A stretch of 64,000 bases of DNA from Candidatus Kerfeldbacteria bacterium. GTDB taxonomy: Bacteria > Patescibacteriota > Patescibacteriia > UBA10025 > JAHIVO01. The DNA lies in assembly GCA_016214565.1 (NCBI GenBank), contig JACROE010000002.1:212584-276583 (forward strand), in the 5' to 3' direction. Shown here in pieces: positions 56,576 through 64,000 of this stretch. Numbering within the stretch: the first letter of the stretch is position 1; each line of letters starts with the position of its first letter. The position numbers and the translations under genes were made by a program. Under the pieces are notes generated by a model. That model was not told the origin of the DNA. It did no database searches and saw nothing but the letters and a program-made list of their open reading frames with translations.

Positions 56576-57403
56576 ATGGCTGATATGGAGGTCAAGAAAA
56601 TCAAAGTAGCCCAGCAAAGAGAAACCGTGGCCTCACCTTTTAGTTCAACAATATCTCCTGCCACAACGGAGCCCCCCAAGCCCATGGGGAGTCCATTGCG
56701 CATGCCCAGCAATAATATCTCAATACCGGTAGCAATGCCTTCGGGACAAACCGAAAGAGAAAGCCAGTGGAGTCAAACGTTATCACAGGAACGGGTTAAC
56801 CAATTCAAACAGTCAAAAAAAATGACTGGCACTATCGGTCGCATGCTGGGTAATTTAGAAAACCCTGACTTAGATATGGAAGATAATCAAAATCTCCAAT
56901 ATCTAAAAAAAATGCAGCATTCTCTGACCAAGGGATCAAAAGTAAATGCCATTAAAACTGGTGCACAAATCGGTATAGACCTCCGCCACCGCATCGCCGC
57001 CGGAGGAATGCAAGGATTTTTATTTGCTTTGTCATTGGCGATCATTAAAGACTTCTGGGACTTCGGCACTATTTGGTTTACGATCGGGTTCGCTGGCACA
57101 CTCTTCAATATCATGATTACTACCGCACTTCTATTTGTGGTCATGTTTCAAGGAATCTGGTTTCGTCGCTGGTTACTAAAAAAAATGTGGAGTAGGTTTC
57201 TAGGCGCTATCATCCTGGAATTTATTCCTATACTTAATTTTTTTCCCTGGTGGATTATCAGCGTACTCTTAGTTAAACAAGCAGCTGATAAACGACTCAA
57301 GAAAATGGAAGCGGCTGGAGATCAGCATGACCAAAATATGGAGGAACTCAAAGCGGCTGAAGAGGATTCAGGGGAACAGGCCCAATACAATCAAGCCGCC
57401 TAA
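56576..57403 (+). CDS. Hypothetical membrane protein
   Basis: Disordered N-terminus, 3-4 TM helices (EFIPILNFFPWW), charged tail. Confidence 0.7.
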   Translation: MADMEVKKIKVAQQRETVASPFSSTISPATTEPPKPMGSPLRMPSNNISIPVAMPSGQTERESQWSQTLSQERVNQFKQSKKMTGTIGRMLGNLENPDLDMEDNQNLQYLKKMQHSLTKGSKVNAIKTGAQIGIDLRHRIAAGGMQGFLFALSLAIIKDFWDFGTIWFTIGFAGTLFNIMITTALLFVVMFQGIWFRRWLLKKMWSRFLGAIILEFIPILNFFPWWIISVLLVKQAADKRLKKMEAAGDQHDQNMEELKAAEEDSGEQAQYNQAA

Positions 57404-57443
57404 TATTTTAGGTGACCCATATCCGTATAGCACATTATGAGTG

Positions 57444-58970
57444 CTATATTTTTTTTACAATTCCTTTAGTTGCATCCACTTCGACCCGGTCGCCGGTCTT
57501 CAGTACACGAGTGGCAATCATGGTACCGATCACGCAGGGAATTCCTAATTCACGTGAGACAATAGCGGCATGGGTCGTAATCCCACCCTGGTCGGTAATA
57601 ATCGCCGCCGCCTTTTTCATCAGTGGGACAAACTCAGGTGTGGTATTATTAGTTACCAAAATATCTCCCTTATTAAAGGGGCCAGGCTGATGAGCATTCC
57701 GTACGAGCCGAACGACCCCTCGCGCTATTCCTGGGCTGGCAGCAACGCCGGCAATTAAGTCCGCAGCACTGTTTCGTGGTTCGAAATCTTTCTCGTGTAC
57801 AAACCGCGACACAGTTCGACCATGATATAATACATACCCACGTCGAGTACCGTAAACAAACGTTCGGAGGCGGCGGCTCCGCAATTCCTGAGGATCAAAA
57901 TTACGATCTAAAAAAACCTTCGCTACTTCTGGCTCCACAACGCTATACATCTCATTCAAATCCAAGCCAACCCGCTTGCCCATCTCAGAAAAAATTAATC
58001 GGAGAAAGTGACTGAAGCGAATGAGGCACATCTTGCGATAATCTTGCATGTGCGTCATTTGTTCGGAAAAATACACCACATGTGACAGCCAAGGATTATG
58101 GAGTCTGTGTAATAATTTGTTTTTCTCTATTCGATTTTTTTTCAACACCGTAGCCAGATCCCCCATGAATGGCTGCCGAACGAGTCGAAAAAGTTTCGAT
58201 GCAAAATAGCGTTCAGTGAGCACCTTAGCGTAATAATTATTCTCAACCCAATAATACAGTCGGGCATGTCGCTTAAGTGCCTTCCAAAACCTTGGAGTAC
58301 GCTGAAGAAATCTAAAAAAATCAGGAAACGTTCGCCACTGTCCCCGAATTTTGCGAGCGAGGCGTTGTAATGCGATCTCCTCCTCATTGGTATATGAAGG
58401 GATAGTGGGCGCTGTCAGAATTGTAATAGCCTTTTGGCGCCTGGCCGCATCAGCAATATGGCGACTAATAAATTGGCTCAACCAATCTTCAGTTCCTGCA
58501 GTCAAACAGCAATCAGCCATATATCCTTCAGCGGCCTGGTCCATATTTGCCCAATATAGCTTATGATACAATGCATAAAGCTGCTGATCAGTAAGTATAC
58601 GCACGTCAATTGCTTCTGCCGCAGCATAGGCAGCGAGATTTGCGTCAGCATGCCGCTCCCACCGTCGATAAAATTTACGGAAAATCGCTAAGCTCCGTTT
58701 GCAACCACGCACGAAATAATCCCGCACCAAAGCTAAATCTCGCAAATCCCAATAGTGAAATAATTCCGTTTGCTCAGATGGCATAGTGCGGATAAATAAA
58801 TAGCTTTGTCGAATTGCAGGTGAATACCGCTGATTTTGCAACCATACCCCGGCATGGGTACCTTGCATAAAAATGGTATGTAAGAATCCTGGGTAATTTT
58901 TTTCCAGCCATAAATGACGAGGATTTCTCGTTCGAATAGTATATGGAGATAACCGCCTGTACTGTTTCAT
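57444..58970 (-). CDS. Large helical domain + C-terminal phospho-His swivel (PEP-utilizer mobile) domain, paralogue 1
   Basis: GVAASPG.ARG.V, GDILVTNNTTPEF, TDQGGITTHAAIVSRELGIPCVIGT. Confidence 0.88.
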   Translation of the reverse strand: MKQYRRLSPYTIRTRNPRHLWLEKNYPGFLHTIFMQGTHAGVWLQNQRYSPAIRQSYLFIRTMPSEQTELFHYWDLRDLALVRDYFVRGCKRSLAIFRKFYRRWERHADANLAAYAAAEAIDVRILTDQQLYALYHKLYWANMDQAAEGYMADCCLTAGTEDWLSQFISRHIADAARRQKAITILTAPTIPSYTNEEEIALQRLARKIRGQWRTFPDFFRFLQRTPRFWKALKRHARLYYWVENNYYAKVLTERYFASKLFRLVRQPFMGDLATVLKKNRIEKNKLLHRLHNPWLSHVVYFSEQMTHMQDYRKMCLIRFSHFLRLIFSEMGKRVGLDLNEMYSVVEPEVAKVFLDRNFDPQELRSRRLRTFVYGTRRGYVLYHGRTVSRFVHEKDFEPRNSAADLIAGVAASPGIARGVVRLVRNAHQPGPFNKGDILVTNNTTPEFVPLMKKAAAIITDQGGITTHAAIVSRELGIPCVIGTMIATRVLKTGDRVEVDATKGIVKKI

Positions 58971-60052
58971 ATTTTTCTAACAACTCCGCTTGTTGCGTCC
59001 ACTTCCACCCGGTCGCCGTCTTTGAAAACTTTGGTGGCAATTCTTGTACCGGCAATACTGGGGATTCTTAACTCACGACTGACAATCGCCGCATGGCTCA
59101 GAACGCCGCCACCCTCATCAACCACAATGGCCGAAACTTCTTTCAGTAAAGGCACATCATTAGGATGAGTATTAACACTAACGTAAATAGGATGTCTCGG
59201 CCACCGCACGGGACGTAACGTACGGATAACGGTGCCATTACGTTTGCCCCGAAATACTGACGTTCCTCGAACTACCCTCGCACTATCTATTACCCTAGGC
59301 CATACGCAACTTTTCTTCACTCGGCTAACTTCTTGGGTACGACCGTCTACTGTTTCCCTTCGCACGCCATAAAAATACACATACCCCTTGCGACGAGACT
59401 CAAGCGTGCGAGGTGAGACAACTAACCGCCGCTTCCTCAGAGTAGCAGATAATTCTGGCCGAGTCATCATAAGTAATAATCGCGGTGTAGTTCCTAATGC
59501 CCGAGCTACTAATCGAGCTATCTGCTGAAGCAGCACTTCAATGCGCGGATATACCGCGGCGATACGGTTGCGCTCCCGGGCAAGGCGCCGAAGTTCGCTG
59601 TGTGGCATAGACGGCATCAATCGATCTGCAAACTCTAAATACCGCCAAAAATAATTATACACACCAATAGCAGCAAAATAATCGGGGTAGCGACGAATCA
59701 AAAATTGTAAAAAATGAAACGGATTATCTGTGGCGAATGGTGCCTGGTGATCATACGCACGTACAAAGTCCTCATACCGAGCATATGCTTTCCTCCGACT
59801 TTGATTGAGCCAAGCAGGATGGCGCCGTAACTGCTGCGCTATCCGTCGTATGACAGATTGGATATTGAGTAGTGACGTCCACCGATTACCCGTGCCAATA
59901 CCACCCAACGAGCCATACGTCATACCCGCTAAACGACTAATCCGCCGGCCATACCCATTACTGACGCAACTCAAAGTAAACAAAGATAATTTCCTCTGCA
60001 CCCCGCCCTCGGCAGAAAGGTGATAATGAATAATTGACTGAGCAGGGTTCAT
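58967..60052 (-). CDS. Helical domain + phospho-His swivel domain, paralogue 2 (shorter, divergent)
   Basis: NTHPNDVP, VVDEGGGVLSHAAIVSRELRIPSIAGT, DGDRVEVDA. Confidence 0.85.
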   Translation of the reverse strand: MNPAQSIIHYHLSAEGGVQRKLSLFTLSCVSNGYGRRISRLAGMTYGSLGGIGTGNRWTSLLNIQSVIRRIAQQLRRHPAWLNQSRRKAYARYEDFVRAYDHQAPFATDNPFHFLQFLIRRYPDYFAAIGVYNYFWRYLEFADRLMPSMPHSELRRLARERNRIAAVYPRIEVLLQQIARLVARALGTTPRLLLMMTRPELSATLRKRRLVVSPRTLESRRKGYVYFYGVRRETVDGRTQEVSRVKKSCVWPRVIDSARVVRGTSVFRGKRNGTVIRTLRPVRWPRHPIYVSVNTHPNDVPLLKEVSAIVVDEGGGVLSHAAIVSRELRIPSIAGTRIATKVFKDGDRVEVDATSGVVRKI

Positions 60053-60054
60053 AA

Positions 60055-61479
60055 TTATATTTTCCTCACAATCCCATGATTTGCCCGTACCTCAATCATA
60101 TCACCATCCTTGAATACTTTTGTCGCATACTGCGTTCCGACAATACACGGAATCCCCAACTCGCGGGAAACAATAGCGGCATGGCAGGTAATACCGCCCT
60201 CATCGGTAACGATACCAACCGCCTTTCGCAAGGCTGGCATATATTCAGGTCGCGTCATTGAAGCAATAATAATATCACCCCGACGGACGTTCTTTAATGA
60301 GGCGAGATTACGACAAATGACTGCCCGCCCAATTGCAGTGCCCATTGTCGCTGATGAACCATGAAGGTCATTGCTCGTTGTGGTAGTTGCCGCATGTTGA
60401 TAGCGCTGATTTAATTGACGGTACTGCGGACCGCTCGCAATATACTCCTGTAAACCCTCAGTAACGACAAAACATCCAGACCGATATCGCTCAATGAGTA
60501 CCCCGCGAATTCGCTTCAATTCACGGATAGCGCGTAGCTCTAAAACCTCTCTGACACCTAACTGATACAAGTAACGCTCATCAATAGATACCCGACGGTG
60601 TATCTCATGAATCACCAGACCCACATATCCAATCGTTCTTAAAATATGCTGTTTTCGGTTATCCTGCCAGATGGCGGCCTGATCAATCACGCTGACCATT
60701 GTTTGAATCTCAGGTCCGAGATAATACCGCCGCATAAGCTGATTTTTTGTATGCCTAATCTCTGCTAATGATCGATATCTTTCCGGCGCTATTCGCCACC
60801 GCTTCATAAACCACTGAACAGCAGGGAGGACTGGCCCCGAATAGCTGTTTTGTATCCATGAATAACGCTTCGCATGGCGGGCAATTGCCTGACGCCAACC
60901 GCTATCTTTTTTAATTCTAAAAAGCGCTCGCTCCTCCTGGGTAACGAAAGAAAGTTGAGTGGGCGTAGCGAGCTCCATAAAAACTTTATTTACGTCATTC
61001 GGTGGTACCACCCGCGTAATCGCCTGTTTAAACTCTCGCTCAATTCCGATCGAAATTGATTCAAGAATGTGAGCAATGCCCACGGCATCCGTGAGGCTGC
61101 CAGCCACACGCTTTAGCTGTGCCAATAATTGAGTATCAGTAATTGTACGGAGATATTTCAGTGATATACGCCGATTAAAAATCTCGTGCTTTTGCATGAT
61201 ACGGTTTGATCGGCGTTCTAATTGTTTTAAATATAACGGATTCTTTTTGAGTCGCTTCTTAGTCTCACGCCAAATACGCTCCAGGTCCGTCTGTAAATAA
61301 TGCATCTCCCCATATCCATCGTGATATCGATATAAGAATGAAGAATATCCAAATCCAATGTGTCCCTTCATTTTCATGCCGCTGTAACCGGCCATGCCGA
61401 GAAAAATCGGGACGCCAGTAAACCCCTGCGTGTACCAGCGCTTTTTAAAAGCTATTTGAAATCGTTGGGTGATAGTCAT
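60055..61479 (-). CDS. Helical domain + phospho-His swivel domain, paralogue 3
   Basis: GDIIIASMTRPEY, VTDEGGITCHAAIVSRELGIPCIVGT. Confidence 0.88.
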   Translation of the reverse strand: MTITQRFQIAFKKRWYTQGFTGVPIFLGMAGYSGMKMKGHIGFGYSSFLYRYHDGYGEMHYLQTDLERIWRETKKRLKKNPLYLKQLERRSNRIMQKHEIFNRRISLKYLRTITDTQLLAQLKRVAGSLTDAVGIAHILESISIGIEREFKQAITRVVPPNDVNKVFMELATPTQLSFVTQEERALFRIKKDSGWRQAIARHAKRYSWIQNSYSGPVLPAVQWFMKRWRIAPERYRSLAEIRHTKNQLMRRYYLGPEIQTMVSVIDQAAIWQDNRKQHILRTIGYVGLVIHEIHRRVSIDERYLYQLGVREVLELRAIRELKRIRGVLIERYRSGCFVVTEGLQEYIASGPQYRQLNQRYQHAATTTTSNDLHGSSATMGTAIGRAVICRNLASLKNVRRGDIIIASMTRPEYMPALRKAVGIVTDEGGITCHAAIVSRELGIPCIVGTQYATKVFKDGDMIEVRANHGIVRKI

Positions 61480-61484
61480 GCGAG

Positions 61485-62108
61485 CTACTTTCTTAGGTGT
61501 TTTTCAGCTTCCTTAACGCCATATAGATCACGCACTGGCGTAATAGCATGCGGCGTCGACGCAGCGGCTGTAGTTAAGTGGTATGCCCGACCGGGGACCG
61601 CTACTCCCTGCTGGCGCGCTTGTTGAACCGCTTTCAAAAAAAACTGGCAATTTTGCTTTCTATCATCAGTATACACCACTTCAGAAAATTTTTTTGCTAC
61701 GATCCGCCGCAATACATCTACCAGCATGGTGCTGGTCTTAACGTTTGTATTTCCGTAATCAAAAGTGCTAAATCGATAAGTAAAATAGTCGCGTATATCC
61801 AAATGATAGTGCTTTTGAATGTATTCTGCCCGCCAATCCAACTGCTCATGATTCCCTGTAGTGAAGTAGCCATTGTGCCGTGTCCAGCGAAGCACCTCGA
61901 CAAATCCAGGTGCTAATGAAAGTCGAAAGAGGCCTTCTCGATATGGCCGCTCATACGCATGTTCATAATCAAACGCTGAAATAGTCCGTAGATCATAGCC
62001 CAATGACTCTAGGTACGCATCATAATCCGGGAAGCCGCTGCTACGAGTATCCCACTCTTCAGGAAACAAAGTGTTGGCAAGATCCCATAAATAAAATACG
62101 CTGCCCAT
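61485..62108 (-). CDS. HAD-superfamily hydrolase-like protein
   Basis: Motif I-like LWDLANTL, L.LAPGF.EVL, motif II FTTG, a Lys in NVKT, motif IV YTDDR..N. Confidence 0.65.
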   Translation of the reverse strand: MGSVFYLWDLANTLFPEEWDTRSSGFPDYDAYLESLGYDLRTISAFDYEHAYERPYREGLFRLSLAPGFVEVLRWTRHNGYFTTGNHEQLDWRAEYIQKHYHLDIRDYFTYRFSTFDYGNTNVKTSTMLVDVLRRIVAKKFSEVVYTDDRKQNCQFFLKAVQQARQQGVAVPGRAYHLTTAAASTPHAITPVRDLYGVKEAEKHLRK

Positions 62109-63680
62109 TTACGTCCGTTTAATAACCGTGACCACTCCATGATTACCGTTTACCTCTACGATATCGCCGTCTTTCAGCACCTGAGTGGCAATTTTTGTGC
62201 CAATCACGCACGGGATATCAAGCTCCCGTGAAACAATCGCCGCATGGCAGGTGACACCGCCTTCGTTAGTTACGATCGCAGCTGCTTGTTTCATGCCGGC
62301 GATATAATCAGGCCGGGTCATAATGGCCACTAAAATATCGCCTGCTTTAACCTTTTTGATTTCAGTGGCTGACTTCACAATGCATACTCGTCCCCGAGCC
62401 ACGCCTCGACAAGCAGACAAACCACGAAAATCATTAACCAGTTTCTGTTCACTGACGCCGAGAATCTCTCGATATAATCGCCTCGCCGGAGCGCCGGTCA
62501 CGATTTCATACTGATTACTATCATGCTGGTACCATAAACAAAATTTCATTCGCCGACGAATCTCGGGCACCGGAATTGCAAGCCCGTTAAATAATGCTTC
62601 AATTTCCGGTTGAGCATGATACTTCATTTCGTGAAGTGTACGACCAAAACGACTACCGATTTCCTTAAGTAAAATACTACCATAGTGCGTGGACCAGTAG
62701 GTGAGTAGTTTGCGGCTGTCTTGCCAATGGGTAAAATCTTCGGATATTTCCAAGAGTACCCGTATCTTTTTCGGAAGTTGTAACCGTGACATGAGCCTCT
62801 TCTTTTCCCGAAGATTGCGTCTGGGTGTGGTCGTAATTTGCCGAATACGCTCGACAATGTCAAAGCCGGATTTAAAAATAGCTTTCAGTTCATTAATCCA
62901 TTCCGGTAATCCTAAATAATTATCATGTACATAATTATTCTTACTCCAAAAATACTGCCGCTCCTGCTGGAGCAACAACGAATGAATTACCGCATTTTTT
63001 TTCACGAGCGTAATTAATTGCCGAACGGGCAATCGGCGGAAAGCGGCGACCAACGTACGGTTTCGTTGTATCATGAATGCAATTCGAAATAAGGCAACTT
63101 CAGTTTCATTTACAAACGAATGGTGTACCGGCGCGGTAAGGATTGAAAAATAACGCGACAACTCTCGTTCCATCCCCTTGCCCCGCAAAAATTTCTGTAG
63201 CTCTTTCTGAATAATGGTGTCAGTACCTAATGCAAATCCATCAATAATGAAACTAGAACTGACTGCCCGTACATTTAATTGTACATAGGTGTGATACAAC
63301 GTACGAAGTTGTTTCAGCTTTAGGCGTTGGAAGTCTTGGTCATGCAATTTTTGGCAAAATGTAAAAAAACATCGTTCATCCTCTGCCCATCGCTTCATGA
63401 GCAGTTTTGAAAAATGTGGTTTGCGCATCCCTGCCCCTGTAATCCCCGATGAAACGCGGTCAATGTCTGCCTGATCAATATACCAATCCGCACGGTCATT
63501 TTCAAAAATGCCAAAATGACTTGTAGCATGCCAACCATTTTTTCGCTGTTCTCGAAGTATCTCGCCGATAGAAATGAAATAAATAAAATGCGGACATCCA
63601 TCAAACCGCTGATGATACCATTCCTTGCTGTGTAATCGTTCAACATCGCGCTTGATAAGTCCAGGAGTAAATGTTTTCAT
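62109..63680 (-). CDS. Helical domain + phospho-His swivel domain, paralogue 4
   Basis: GDILVAIMTRPDY, VTNEGGVTCHAAIVSRELDIPCVIGT. Confidence 0.88.
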   Translation of the reverse strand: MKTFTPGLIKRDVERLHSKEWYHQRFDGCPHFIYFISIGEILREQRKNGWHATSHFGIFENDRADWYIDQADIDRVSSGITGAGMRKPHFSKLLMKRWAEDERCFFTFCQKLHDQDFQRLKLKQLRTLYHTYVQLNVRAVSSSFIIDGFALGTDTIIQKELQKFLRGKGMERELSRYFSILTAPVHHSFVNETEVALFRIAFMIQRNRTLVAAFRRLPVRQLITLVKKNAVIHSLLLQQERQYFWSKNNYVHDNYLGLPEWINELKAIFKSGFDIVERIRQITTTPRRNLREKKRLMSRLQLPKKIRVLLEISEDFTHWQDSRKLLTYWSTHYGSILLKEIGSRFGRTLHEMKYHAQPEIEALFNGLAIPVPEIRRRMKFCLWYQHDSNQYEIVTGAPARRLYREILGVSEQKLVNDFRGLSACRGVARGRVCIVKSATEIKKVKAGDILVAIMTRPDYIAGMKQAAAIVTNEGGVTCHAAIVSRELDIPCVIGTKIATQVLKDGDIVEVNGNHGVVTVIKRT

Positions 63681-63689
63681 ACTATCGTA

Positions 63690-64000
63690 TCACGAGGTAA
63701 CTTTTTTAATCGTCCCGGTCGCGCCGTTTACTTCCACAAAGTCACCATCCTTAAAAATACGCATCGCAAACCGCGTACCAACAACGCAAGGAATCTTCAT
63801 TTCCCTGGAAATAATGGCAGCATGCGAGGTGAGACCACCTTCATCAGTGACAATCGCCCCCGCACGGTGCATTAAGGGAACAAAGTCGGGACGAGTCATA
63901 TACGTCATCAGTATATCACCCGGCCGAAGTTTATGCCCATCAGCGGACGGAGACTCAATCTTTCGCACTTTCCCACGATAGATACCTACGGCTGCGCCAA
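63690..64000 (-). CDS. Phospho-His swivel domain protein, paralogue 5 (5' end beyond the window)
   Basis: GDILMTYMTRPDF, VTDEGGLTSHAAIISREMKIPCVVGT; the frame is open to the window edge. Confidence 0.85.
   Translation of the reverse strand, partial: GAAVGIYRGKVRKIESPSADGHKLRPGDILMTYMTRPDFVPLMHRAGAIVTDEGGLTSHAAIISREMKIPCVVGTRFAMRIFKDGDFVEVNGATGTIKKVTS

Noticed and set aside
55465-64000. Calling these genes ppsA/ppdK or a fragmented pseudogene
   Set aside because: There is no pyruvate-binding C-terminal domain. Each ORF ends at a clean domain boundary with intact catalytic motifs, and the His domain is present at least five times.
42372-64000. A phosphocreatine pathway linking the GAMT-like enzyme to the phospho-His array
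   Set aside because: Chemically conceivable, since related enzymes form P-N bonds, but the loci are more than 12 kb apart with unrelated genes between and no amidinotransferase is present.
1-64000. CRISPR array, rRNA, IS element, or alternative genetic code 25
   Set aside because: No regularly spaced repeats, rRNA-like tracts or transposase motifs were seen. TGA terminates several intact genes and long ORFs are unbroken in code 11.

Overview
This 64 kb window looks like chromosome from a Candidate Phyla Radiation (Patescibacteria, probably Parcubacteria) bacterium. The evidence is gene content and protein motifs; TGA is used as a stop, so the code is standard code 11. (i) 1-35.6 kb is one minus-strand surface/adhesion locus: three paralogous phage-tail-fibre-like beta-propeller proteins, a 490-aa protein and a 3934-aa giant adhesin, then type IV pilus genes (pilM, pilN-like, pilO-like, FN3 protein, pilB, response regulator, pilC, pilin) and three glycosylation genes (PMT/GT39-like, GT2, O-antigen-ligase-like). 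(ii) 35.7-46.6 kb holds lemA, htpX, clpC, comF, three tRNAs, a methyltransferase strikingly like animal guanidinoacetate N-methyltransferase, recG and radA. (iii) 46.6-55.5 kb is a VirB4/PrgI/pilin/lytic-transglycosylase T4SS-like locus. (iv) 55.5-64 kb is the best candidate for an undescribed system: one stand-alone ATP-grasp (PPDK_N) gene, at least five tandem paralogues of large helical domain plus phospho-His swivel domain, and a HAD hydrolase, together resembling a split, multiplexed phosphotransferase. Non-coding highlights are a structured switch-like leader on the pilin mRNA, a structured mini-element duplicating a tRNA-Ser 3' end, and heptamer repeats before pilM. No CRISPR, rRNA, transposase, integrase or reverse transcriptase was seen. 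All family calls come from motif recognition by eye, not database searches.
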